Shown here: positions 45,781 through 57,600 of the stretch, piece after piece
Position numbering within the stretch: position 1 is the first letter of the stretch
Layout of the letters: each line of letters begins with the position of its first letter
Source of the DNA: Camelus dromedarius
Lineage: Eukaryota
Direction of reading: 5' to 3'
NCBI RefSeq assembly: GCF_036321535.1
Contig: NC_087458.1
Span: forward strand, 1,736,001-1,800,000
Length of the DNA stretch: 64,000 nucleotides
Notes under the pieces: generated by a model
What the model was told of the DNA's origin: nothing
The model's database searches: none
What the model saw: the letters and a program-made list of their open reading frames with translations, nothing else
Translations under genes and position numbers: made by a program

Positions 45781-47209
45781 TCAACGCCCTGAACTCCCAG
45801 CATCCCAAGGACACTGGGGAGGCCTCTGTCCACACAGGGCCATCAGACGTGCTCCTGTTGACCCAAGTCTTTTTTCTAGTTTAACTACTGTCTATAAGGG
45901 GAAAAAAGCACATGAATCACCCCCCTTCCTCTGGAAAAAATAAGATCAGAAATAACACTTTCTCTTTCAGGAACGGTGGGAGCTTCTGAGTAATGCAGTG
46001 AGACACCAGGGCTCTTGACCACCAAGAGGAGTTTCAGAGAGAATTCATTTATTTCCTTCTCAACTTCACAGTCACATCCGCCACCCAGAGAAAGGGGAAT
46101 TCTCTGGGTGGGGCGAAGTGTGGCTGATTACTTTGCTTCCCAATCTTTACAAAATCTCATATGCCTTTTGGCTGAGAGCTTTGGAAGCGCTTGGGATGGG
46201 TATACAAGCCACAAATTAGCGATCATGAAGTGAGGTCTTCTTGGACAGTGTCACCTGACGTGAGGGACCCGGCAGTGACCTCCCCGGCTTCCTGCAGCGT
46301 GTCCTGTCCCCGGAGCCTGGGCGGCCTCCGCATGCGCTCGCGGTCTGATGGGAGGCTAATTAGGAAGTACTCAGCTTGCTTGTGCTGTTGGTTTTAGTGT
46401 GTCTACAAATTCAAACACAGTATGACTTTTTCTGCTGTTGGGATGTGATCAGTCCCCTAAAATGGCAGAGGAAAGCAAAGATAGGACACAGTGATGTGCT
46501 CTCTGGGGTCCTTAGGCATCACTTGATGGGCCCCCTCCCCCTAGAAATGGGGAAACCGAGGCCCAAAGGACCCAGCGAATGACAGAGGCCAAAACCGACC
46601 CAGTAGTTTAATCCCAGTCTGAGGCTGTAAATGAAGGCCCAGGGGGCTGGTGGCTCCCGTGTCTGACAGACCTGTGGCCCCCTCTCTGCAGGCCAGCAGA
46701 GGGGCCCTCTCTGCAGCCCCCAGCATTACTCCCAGCCGTCGGATCAGACCCCCGAGCCACCAGTTCCGTTTCTCCCTGCGGCGTCTCCCTCACCACGTAA
46801 GACTAGCTCGGTCCTGGGTTTCAGGAGCAAACACCTGCAGCCTGTTTGGTGGCAACGAAAAGAAACCAGCGGGGACTCTCCTCCTTTCCCGCTGCCAGAG
46901 CTGGGCCCGTGGTGCAGGGGTGCCGGGGGAGCTGGGGAGGGGCGGGGGGCTCTGCCGTCGCCAGCGCCCCCTGCTGTTTGCCTGGGATGCCCAGGAGGTG
47001 GAGGAAAGGGCCAGGCCTTTTCCCATCCCCTGCCCTCCGCATCCTGGGCAGCCCCTCAGCCCACCGCACGCAGAGCCGCCATCCCTGGGCTTTCCTGCAA
47101 GAGCGCATGGTCACTCTAGAGGCAGGCACTCCTGAGCCTTTCCTGAAGGTGACACAGACACAGTAAAGTGCTCAAACCGTAACCCCCACCCTGGCTTCCA
47201 GTAACGGAG

Positions 47210-47800
47210 ACGCACCACGCCCGGTTCTGAGCTCTGAAGTGGAGTCGCATGGACTGTCCTGTTTCTGGGTGTTTTGCTGAGTGTTCCGTTTGGCCAGTCG
47301 TCCACGCCGTCAGCTGTGGTGTAGAACATTCCTCTTCATCGCTCTGTTCTCTTCTCTGTAAATACACTGCAGTTCGTGAGGCCACACAATAGGATATTCT
47401 CATTGTTTGTAGGTTTAAACAAAAGCAGCGAGACAATTGTCAGTTTCATAGAACCCTCCTCGTCCCCCCTCGTCCCCCCTCGTCCACTCCCCCCACCTGC
47501 AGCCACAGGTTTGTTCCGGTCGATACATGGTAACGTATCACACCCTCATTCTGTTTGGGTTTGTTATTTTGTTTTGAAATTAGTCTGTGCTGCCACCTGC
47601 CCACCCTGTCTGCACGCTGCACAGCCCTGGGCGGCACGCCCTCCGTGTTGCCCACCCTGCCGGGCGGCTTTGGGCTTCCCGCACAGGTTACACTGCGTTG
47701 AAGTCCTCTCCCGTGCCCCCTGATGGGCCCGAGTGGGCGTTTCTCAGCAGCCTATATCCAGGGCTGCAATGGTGGGGTTGTTTGTGTATTCTCAGGAGGC
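47210..47800 (-). mobile_element. Old L1ME-type fragment, GC-shifted
   Basis: gtggagtcgcatggactgtcctgtttctggg...cagctgtggtgtagaacattcctcttcatcgct...cctatatccagggctgcaatggtgggg. Confidence 0.65.
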
Positions 47801-48343
47801 CACATGGGTGAAAATCAGCCACCCCACCGATGCCCACAGCCCCAGAGGACCAAGAGGTCAGCAAACATCCGGTCGGTTCAGGGCAGGGGACTTGGAGGGA
47901 AGGGGTGCACCAGCCAGCAGGGGGTGCTGCCTCCCTTGGGATCCTGGAGGCCCAGGGGGTCCCAGGAGTTTGGAGAAGCCATTCTGTGGCTGTGGTCCCA
48001 GCAGCCCCTGTGCCTTCTCAGTGACCCCAGGCACCAGCTGGAGCTGGCCTGAGCCCCCGGGTCGTCCACTGGCGGGGCTGGGGGCGGGGGAGGAAGGGTC
48101 ACGGGCATGCACTGGGCAGAAAGGACTCCCCACACCTCACACACCCAGATGTCCTCCTCTGCCATCACTTGGTCATCAGGAAAAGAAAGCAGACAGTGAG
48201 AGAGACCTCGGGGCCCAGCCCAGCACGTCAGAGGTCAAAACCCGAGCTCCCAGCCAGGAGCCTCCACACATTTGGCTGAGACGTGTCCCCCTCTGTGGCC
48301 CTGCGAGCGTGGCCTGTGGACTCTGAATTGCAAAGGTAAGACC

Positions 48344-48367
48344 GAAAGTGAAAATGAAAGAGAAAGT
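48344..48367 (+). promoter_or_regulatory. Four-unit IRF-E/ISRE array
   Basis: GAAAGT GAAAAT GAAAGA GAAAGT in exact 6-bp phase. Confidence 0.55.
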
Positions 48368-49959
48368 TGAGCAGACCCTGACAGCAGTGCCAGCGGCTTG
48401 GGGCGCGGGCCCGGGGCGCCGTCCCCTTGTCGTGATGAGTGCTGATACCACTGGAACCTTGGGGAGCCCTAGGCTCCCTAGGCTTGGAGACCAGAAAGCG
48501 TCCTCATCTTTGCTCTTTTGATGAAGACTGAATCCTGTCCATCCGTTCATCTCTTCATTCAGTTACTCAGTGTTTTCCGGGCCCCTGCTATGCCCCAGGC
48601 AGGGTGTTAGCATTGGAGATGGCGTGGCCGCGAGGCCGGGGCCTCCCACAACGGGGCAGCCAGTGCCCCCGTCGCAAAGGGTCTCTGTGCTAGACCCGGA
48701 GACGCCGCAGGCCCACGGCGGTGGCTGCTGAAGGAGGATGTGCACCGGAGAAGGTTGAACTTCTGTCTGTTTCTGCAATTGTTTGGGCATCTCTTCATCT
48801 TTAAAATGTAGACCAACAGTACCAACCAAACCAGGAGTGGCCCTGCCCCCGTCAGCTCCCGACAGCCCCTGCCTGGCTCCACCGAGGCCGCGAGGCAGTC
48901 GCTGCTTGGTTTTCCCCGGGGTTCCTCCCATACAGCTTCCCCGCGTGTTCTCCAAGCAGCTGCTCTTTATGAAACAGATGCTCGGGTTGGATCTAAAATC
49001 ACGGTGGCCACCACCGTGGCCCCTCCATCCTGAGCACATCAGACTTACCCATGTGGAAGGAGCCCCGTTCCACAGACGAGGAAGGCAAGGCACAGAGAGG
49101 GCGGGAACTCTCTCCAGGTCACCTAGAAAACTAGTGTGCAAGGGGGCAGCCCAGGGAGTCTGAGCCTGGAGCACTCTGTGACCTCCAGCTCGGCCAGGAT
49201 CAGACCCGGGCCGCCTCGTGGATGACGGGGCATCTGGCAGGCAGAAGGTTCTAGAAAACGCTCCCAGATGGCTTCTGGGAGAGGAACACCCTGAACTTGT
49301 ACAAGCTGTTCATACTGGGAGCTGGGGCAGCGTTCCGGATATGTGGAGGGTTTACGGCAGCACCACGTTTGATGTAAGCCTTTGCTTGACTTTGCTTTTC
49401 ACTCTCTTTTTGTTTTGGGTTTCTCCCCCCACCTTGCGTTCTTGTTTGCTTTTCCCTCCAGCTTTGTGTTTTCCTGGGCTTTCTCAGTGTTCTGCATGAC
49501 ACCCGTGTAACGTTTACTTTATGCCAGGAGAGAAATAAGTGCTCACTATCTCTAGCCCACAGGTCAAGGGAAGAAGGAACTGCTGGGGTAAGGGAAGCAA
49601 GCGGTCGACATCATGTAGCTGTGTCCCTGTGTCAGCGTATTTTCTAGATAGTCGTGGCCCCAAGGAAACTTCTTTCCTCCATTGCGGCTTGAAAACATGG
49701 CCCAGGCTGGCAGCGCTGGGGAGGTCGGCGGTGGTGCTGCAGGCGGGGAAACGGGACCCCGAGTGGTTAGCCCTGCTCCCGAGGCCACGCGGCCGGGGCC
49801 CGCGCTCACCGCGGGGGGTGGGGGGACCCAGGCCGCTCCCCTGCTCTCCGGGCTCTGCTGAACGAGCGTGGGGGCCGCCTTCAGCTGCACTCTGACTCCC
49901 GAGGAGCAGACCCGAAGGCACACCTCCCTTCACTCCAAGGAGTGCGGTTCTGTGTCGGC

Positions 49960-51000
49960 CCCACCGGCCCCTCTGCTGCCGGGACAGGCTGCACTTACAG
50001 AAGTCACCTCCTCTGTCCAGGACTCAGTTTCTCCATCCGCAAAATGCGGGTCCGTCAAGAAAGTACTAGCAATAACTAGTCGTGTGTTGTGAGTTGCGAA
50101 TCCCTTATAAAAGAAGGTGAAGGGACCTAAACTTTGTTAAATTGGGGTGCAGCTGACATGTGGCGCCGTGCTGGCTTCTGGTGCTCACCCAGTGGTTCGG
50201 TTATACTCCTCTGTGTTTTCCTTTCCACAGTCTTTTCCTCACTTATTAGAGGCTGGTCAGCTGCCCGATGTGAGAGCTTTGCCTTGCTATGCTCACGGGA
50301 GCCCTATACAGACAGGTAAACTGAGGCAGAAGATGATTAAGTCATCTAGGAGACAGTGCTTCACCCCTGAGCAGGGTCAGGATTTGAACCTAGGGCTTCT
50401 GATGCTGGAGCCTGAGACCCAGCCCTCACACCGTCTGCTTCTGGCAGGTTTTAGTGGCCCCAGTGGTTCAAGGTCATGCTCCAGACTTCACCTCAGTGGA
50501 AAGAAGCAGGGCCCAGGATGTGTCCAAAGTGAGCGACGGTCACGCAGCCTCATCTACCCTCACTGGGCCAGGATGCAGTGGTGTTGGTGCCGAAAGTGCG
50601 CACTGGATTTTCTACGAGTGGAATATGCAGGGCACACTGCTTCCTTGATGTTCAGGAGGGTACAGGAAGAGGAGGGAAGAGTCTCAGCGCATAAGCCCGG
50701 AGCCTGATCCTTCCTGGGGTCTGAGCACCGGAGCCTTGACGTCCCCGTCTGCAAAATGGGATGGCACGACTGACAACAACTGTTGGTTCCCGGCCAAGGC
50801 ACAGCTCCGAGCACCTTCGTCCCTCCTTTGAGAAGGCGACACTCACAGCTACACACAGGGAGCACTTACTATGCGCCGGCCCGGCGCCAAGCCCGTCGTG
50901 CAGGCAACACCTTAATCCTCGCCGTTGTCTGGTGAGGTGGACACTGACTGTTACTCTCTCCCCGCGTCCCTATTGGGGAAACTGAGGCCCCAGGAGGACT
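49960..51000. mobile_element. MIR cluster (49960-50100 +, 50300-50450 -, 50690-50790 +, 50860-51000 -)
   Basis: ctcagtttctccatccgcaaaatg; acaggtaaactgaggcaga; tctgcaaaatgggat; ggggaaactgaggccc. Confidence 0.8.
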
Positions 51001-51839
51001 GGTAGTTTCCATGGTTAGGAAGTTGGGGGGCTAGGAGGTGAGCCCCGCAGTGGGGCCCCAGGACCTGGGCTTGGGGCTGCCACACCACGACCCCCCCAAG
51101 CCGGGTCCCCAGGGGCCAGGGCCATGCGTGTCATCGTCCTCATCGTGCTCTGACACTGCCAGGCAGCCCAGGAGGGAGGCAGCGAGGTTTAGGGGAGACA
51201 GGTCTCCCTCCTTCCCGGGCGCAGAGGGGCAGGGGCCCTGCGGGTGCTCCTACGTGACCAGCGAGGGCACAGCCCCACTCCGTGTGGGAGGAAGCCGCGG
51301 CGGGGCTGGAGACCGCGCTGGGGCAGCTGCACAGCCAGACACCAGGAAGGAAAGCCAGATCGCCTGCTGCCCTTCCGGCGGGGCCGGGGGCCCTGGCCAG
51401 CGAGGAGTGGGGCTGCAAGGGCAGGCATCCCCTGTAATTCCTGGGCCTCCGTGTTCAGATTTGGGGCTTCTCAGCAAGATGCCCTGGGACCAGACTCTAG
51501 AGGCTGGCAGACAAATGTTTCAGCCGTACTCGAGCAATTCCTAACTGGGGGCCTCAGAGCCTCGCAGCCCCCCACCCATCGCCGCCGCGCCTGCCGTCCC
51601 TCGGGGCCTTCAGTGCTGCCAGGACCCTCCCAGGCCTTGGGAGGAGGCCTCCCTGCAAAGTTGCCAGAGGATTTAGAAGCCTCAAGGGGGCCAAGGGGCC
51701 ACCTTGCAGTCCAACTGTGGGAGAGAGGAAGTGCCCTCCCGCCCCCACTGAGGCCACACCTGCCCGGGGGCTCGGGCTGTTACCGTTCCACGAGGCCGTG
51801 GAGTAAGGTGTTTGGGCCTCAGCCCTGTATCTAGGCAGG

Positions 51840-52050
51840 CTTCCTTGCTCCTTGCCCCAATACTGTGTGGCGTCAGGAAAATGAATTCACCTCTCTGGAC
51901 TTGAGTTATGCTCCATTCAAGGGGACTAAAAGTAGCTCTTACCGCATGGGCTCGTGGGTTCAGTGGATTGGTGCTATGTAGTGCTTAGAACAGGGCCCAG
52001 CGCCGTAAGAGCTCAATAAATAGTAAGAGCTCAATTAATTCGTTATTCTG
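51840..52050 (+). mobile_element. MIR SINE
   Basis: gtgcttagaacagggcccagcgccgtaagagctcaataaat; contains a 13-bp tandem duplication (52005-52017, 52023-52035). Confidence 0.8.
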
Positions 52051-53321
52051 TTACCTCTGTCTACCCACCCCACTCAGACTGCAGCCCAGGACTCGTGCTG
52101 GGGCCCTGCGGCGAGCTTTTCTGACTATCCTCAGAGAAGAGGCCACCAGGAGGGCTGTGGGGCCACTCACTGGCACATGAGGCCACACATGCACACCCAC
52201 GCACACATCTGTCCAGCCACATGCACACACACGGCCACCCGCGTGCACACACCCAGGCACACGGGCAGCGGCCTCTCCCCCCAGCCTCCGTGGGAGCAGG
52301 GCGGGGCGGGTGGTGGGGACGGGGCCAGGGCAGAGCCCTATTGCTCAATGCCAGGGACCACGCTGGGTATCAACGGTCAGGGACCTGGCTGTCGGAGCCC
52401 AAGGGGCCTCGCAATCAGGCCTCTGTGGGCTGCAGGCTTTTAATATTTTTAGAGAAGTTAGTTTTCTGCCAAGTTCCTCTGCTTCAGATTCTGCCTGGAG
52501 CTGGCGGGTCCCCACGCCATGAAGGTCTCGGCCCCACCATTCGCAGGGGCTTCACAGAATCACAGAGGTCACCACTGCTGCCAAGTCATCCTCCACCCTC
52601 CACAAGGGGGTGCCCACCAGGCCCCCTGCACCCCGTGTCCCTCAAGCTCAGACCAGGCGCTCTGGGAAGCACTGTATTTTCTCCCTGCCCCCTCCCCCTC
52701 AGCTTCTGGTTTCCTTTTTTTGTCCTCTCTGCACTTTTTCTATGTGAAAGATCAAGGTCTCACCAGCTGTGAGCCAAGAGGGGACATTCATTTTATCCGT
52801 CGTAAGGGCTGGTGCCTCCTTCTCTGGGCCAGCAGTGGGGGCTGGACCGCATCCTACATCCAAAGCCTGTCCGTTTTCCTCTGTTTGCTCAAAGTCACTT
52901 TTCCAACAGGCAACTTCCTGGGCACGATGTTGTTGGTGGTGTTGATGACGATGGCGGTGGTGGTGATGGTGGCACAAACCCCGATGTGGCTACTGGGAGG
53001 ATTAAATTGATTCATATTTACAGTTCGCACAATCACACCAAAAGTTTGTGAAAGTCACTTTTCCAACATCCCACTAGCTCACAATTCAAAAGTTAGCTGC
53101 CAGACTGAGCACAGCACCATCCGCAGCACAGCATGCAGCCAGAACACAGCCTCGCACAACCTCCTCGGGGTTGGGGGGGTGCGGTGGGCGGGGGGTCGGC
53201 CCCGAGGTGCGTGCAGACACTGGGTGACTGGCATCGTGGTGAGCCTGGCGGTGAGCCTATCCCTGCTCCGAGAGGGGCACCATGTTACAAAGCTGGAGAT
53301 TTGGGTTGTAAATCACTCTCT

Positions 53322-53818
53322 CATCCATCGGCTCCTGGAGCTGCCATCCATAGGACCACAAATGTAGCAGCTGAGAACATACCAGTGTATGATCTCAGCC
53401 TTGTTGAAGTTAGAGGCCTGACAGGGGTCTCCCTGGGCTAAAACCAAGGTGTCGGCAGGGCTGTGCGCCTTCCGGAGGATCCGGGGAAAATCTGTTTCCT
53501 CGTCTCTTCCAGCTTCTAGAGGCACCTGCTTTTCTTTGGCTCGTGGCCCCTTCCTCCATCTTTCAGTCCAGCAGCACAGCAGGTCCCATCTCTCTCTGAC
53601 TCTGCTCTTATCCTCACGTATCCCTCTGGCTCTGACCCTCCTGCCTCCCTCGTATGAGACCTTGGTGGTTACGTCGAGCCACCTGGCTAATCTAGGGTCA
53701 TCTCCTCACCTCAGGATCTTTAATCACATCTGCAGAGTCTCTTTTGCCATGTAAGATCACATACTCTGCGTATTAGAGTGGGGACATCTCTGCAGGGGTC
53801 ATTATTCTGCCAACCACA
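53322..53818 (-). mobile_element. MLT1D-type MaLR solo LTR
   Basis: ggtctccctgggctaaaaccaaggtgtcggcagggctg...cttccagcttctagaggc...ggggtcattattctgccaaccaca (reverse of the TGTGGTAGGCAGAATAATG start). Confidence 0.9.
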
Positions 53819-53821
53819 CCA

Positions 53822-54040
53822 GCCCTGGGCAACTTACTGAGCATGATGCTAATGGTGTTGTTGATGGAGATGCTCATGGTGATGATGGAGATGATAACGG
53901 TGGTAATGGTGATGGTGGTGATGGTGGTGATGGTGGTGACGATGATGGTGGTACCTACCCCTGTGTGGCTACTGGAGGATTACATTGATTCGTATTTATA
54001 GTTTATCCAGTCACACCCAGCATGTAGTAAGCGCTACGCG
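53822..54040 (+). mobile_element. MIR fragment with internal (GAT/GGT)n microsatellite
   Basis: ccctgggcaacttact-[repeat]-gtacctaccc...ggaggattacattga...gtagtaagcgct follows the MIR motif order. Confidence 0.75.
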
Positions 54041-54319
54041 TGTGAGTTTGTTGAATATAAATTAGGGTCACTGTGCTACAGGGAGGCTTCCACGTGTCTC
54101 TCTAACTGTTTCCCCTCTAGATAGCCACCTTGATCTAGAACATGACAAGTCTTCATGAGCCTTCAGTGAAAACCAGCGTTCCCACCATAGCATTAAAAAC
54201 AGCCCAGTGTCCCTGGGATGAACACAGTGAGCATCTCCTAATCCTATAGAAAAGGCTCCAATCAGAAGGAGAGGAAGCGGGCCCATCTCTCAGCAGCCCC
54301 TCCGCCACACCTGCCTTCC

Positions 54320-54640
54320 TGTTCCCTCCCTCACGCAGAGCCCCTTTGGTAACCAGGGCCTTTGCACTGGCTGTGCTGTCTTCCTGGACAGCCTGTCCCC
54401 CACCTCCAGCACCCCGCCTTTGCATGTTTCTTCTAACGCTCCAGGATGCCCTCAAAGAAGCCCGCCCTGAGCGCCCACCTGAAACAGGCAGCCCACTGCT
54501 CCAGAGGGAGCCCTGTTTTTTATTTCAGGTTGTCACTTACATTCGTCTGTTAGTCATGGGTTTCCTGTCTCCACATCCAGAATGTTGGCCACATCTCTTT
54601 GTCCACCCAGTGCCCAGCTCCATGCCGGGTGGACAGTAAG
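54320..54640 (+). mobile_element. L2 3' fragment
   Basis: cagggcctttgcactggctgtgctgtcttcctggacagc...gtccacccagtgcccagc. Confidence 0.8.
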
Positions 54641-57600
54641 CTGGCGGGTAACCGAGAATTAAACCAAGGCACATGCCAGGGGCTGCACCCATCAAGACGA
54701 AACGCGCACGGAGAGAGAGGAGGGGTCAGCGGACCTGTAGGCCGCGTGGCGGTGTGTGGGGGTCACGGTGAGCATTTAGCAGCTGCCCAGAGTGCAGTCG
54801 CCTCACGTCATCCCTGTATGTTAGGAAGGGCTAGGACTCCTGTCCCCCTTTTAAAGATGCAGAAACTAAAGCCCAGAGAGGTCATTCAGAATGCCCAGGT
54901 CACACAGCCAGTGAATGGCCCAAGAAGAACCATCATGTTCTAGATCAAGTCAGTTGCCTGTAGGGGAGACAGCTAAAGCTACATGCTGCCCTGCCACCGT
55001 CTTGGCAGGGAGGGGCCGACCTCCCCCCCTCCGCCTACACACGTGAGCAGGGTCATTGGCAGTGTCGCTATAAGTTCAGGGAGGAGTGTGGGTCTGGAGC
55101 CCCCATCACAGATGGAGCGTTAAGGTACCAAAATTCATCAAGCAGCTTGGCCCGCTCCTGTATCCGCCCCACCCCCGATGCACCCACTGAGGTTAGGAAT
55201 TTGCAGCTCAGTCTCCATCTTCCCAGGGAAGAGAGGTCTGGGAGCAGAGCTGAGCGGGGGCTGGGCTGGGGCAGAGTTAGTGGAGCTTGGCCCACAGGAG
55301 AGGGGTAGGGGTCTGAGTCTCTAGGACAAGCTGATGACTAAATCCAGGGGAGCGCCCTGAGCAGGGCCTGGGATTCCTTGCTAAGTGACAAATCATGACC
55401 GTGTCTATTTTTGCCTAACCTCCACCATTCCCAGTGGTGAAAAAGCTGTGACAATTGAGGAAGTGGTGAGTGGACCTTTCTTTTTCCCTTCTTAATCAAA
55501 GTGCAAAACTTTCCTTTAAGATTCCCACTTTTCAGCGCGTGTGCTGGGGCCGGAGGGGGCAGGCTGAGCTGCCCTCAGAACAAATCCTCCCCTTGTCCCT
55601 CCTAACGGAGGCTGGAAAGCCACGGCCCGGTCCCCGCGGGTCCAGCATCAGGGTGGCCCCGAGAGCCCTGTGTTGTGACATCTCCAGGGCGGGTCGGCCA
55701 AGCTCCTGGGCTCGGCGTTGGTTTTCTAGATTGCCCTTGGAAACTCTCACGCAGGGTCCTTTCATAATGTGGCTGCGAACATTCCCACAAACCGTTACAG
55801 AGTATTTTAGGCGACACAATTCTGTGACTGCAATGCCCTCTAAAACAACTTTTTTTCAGTTTTGCCCTTTTGCAAAATAACTGTTTTTATACTGATTCAG
55901 AAGCACTTTTTCCTCAGAATTATTCTCAACCAGAATGGCTCTAGCCTGTGGCACTAAAAAAAAAAGCTGAGACCCAGGGCACAATTCCTCCCCATCTAAC
56001 CTGGTGTCCTGCCGTGGAGACTTTGCCCAAAGCAACAGCACCACCTCCTCCGGCTCAGAATCTCCACACCGGGTGTTCCGAGAGGGGAACCTGACACACG
56101 TTGCTTTCACACCCTCCTCTGTCCCAGGAGAAGGCCGTCCCGTGCGAAGGCAACCCGCGGCACAAGCTCTCACTCCGCTGCCCCACCAGCAGGAATCCTA
56201 GACCCAGGGCTGAGCCAGCAGGTCACTCTCAGGTCCCACTGCCGTGAAAAAAAACCGTAAACTTTCCTCCAGGTGCGGAATCCAGACGCTGCCAGGTGCA
56301 GGCAGTGCACTCAGGATAATCCTGTTGTGTGTAAACTGAGCAAAACACAGAGGTCCTGCCCCCCGACCACAGGGCAAGGGCGGGAACACCGGGTCTTTGG
56401 GTCACAAGGTGGACCTGAGACTTTTCATCCTCATTTTGCTTTTCACGGCTACTTTCTGGACGGCTGGCGCTTTCTGACCTCTGATGTCTGGAGTCACAGT
56501 ATTGGGACAGTGACCGATGAGCCCAGTAACAAAAGGAATGCGGCTCTCGGAGCCAGGACGGGCCAGGGCCAGGGCCACGCATGCGGGCCCCCCAGCCTCA
56601 CGGTGCGGAGGAGCCCGAACGCCCCCGGGGAGACTCAGGACGGCAGGGGCCTGTCCAGCAGGTGGGCCGCAGGCAAGCGCGCGGGAGGAGCCCCAGCCTT
56701 TCAGAACAGGTGGAAGCGGGATGCTGCCCCTCAGAAGGAAGTCAACCCTGGGGGCTATTTTCAGCAGCCAAGGGCCCAAATTCCAACCACAAAGGTAAAT
56801 GGAAAACCAAAAGTAATGAAATGATTAAGCCAGAGAAAGCAGCCTTTGGGCAGCAGAAAGTTTCATATTTTAGGTGATTTCTTTAAAAAGCAGAACTAAT
56901 TATGGGCCTCCCCCTCCCAGAGGGGTGAGGTGCGAGGTCCGCTCTCATGTTCTCGGGTTTCGTCCCTGTCCTCCCCCCGCCCCCACTCTCTCCTCCCTCC
57001 TGAGCAACCATAATCACCACACACCGAAAACCAAGTGCTTCCCGGCGTCTCTTCTCATCTGTAAAGTTCTGCTGACCCGCACTCACTCGTTCTGAACAAG
57101 CTGTCTTGCCACTTTGTTCTGACTGTGCTGCGCATCATTCGTGAGACACGACCCCCAACAGAACACTGCTGAACACAGAACCGGGCCTCACGCGTCGTTG
57201 TAAAAGAACTGTGCTGTTCTTGAATCGAATTCTCACGCCCAGAGGCGGTGGTGGCGTGGCAGACGCTGCTCCGGGGCAGGGGGAGGGGGGCTGAGGCTAA
57301 AGTTGTCCTCACTGGCACCCAGAGACACCTGCCTGTCAGCCCAGTGCTTTCTTCCCCTGCTGAAGTATTTGCTTTTGATCTTTCAAGCGTCGTTGGACCA
57401 ACCTCAGGCACTGTCTTTTTTTAAGGCCCACTCAAAACTCCCAACATGATTCCCCTTCGAGGGCGAATAAGGCTCTTCTGTGCCCTTGCTGTTCGAAGCG
57501 TGGCCTGTAACCGGCACCGGGGTCCCCCGGGGCTGGAGGGAGGTGCGCCGTCTCGGCCCCGCCCATCATCGGCCCTCACCGCTGTTCATTCATCCATTCA

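Noticed and set aside
52699-52977. Poly-His-containing ORF (MCHHHHHRHRHQHHQQH...)
   Set aside because: It is the translation of the (GAT/GGT)n microsatellite on the minus strand.
54102-54120. Another CTAAC plus pyrimidine tract plus TAG acceptor
   Set aside because: No good donor follows; it shows that isolated strong acceptors (also at 2267, 45970, 59647) arise often by chance, so unpaired ones were not reported.
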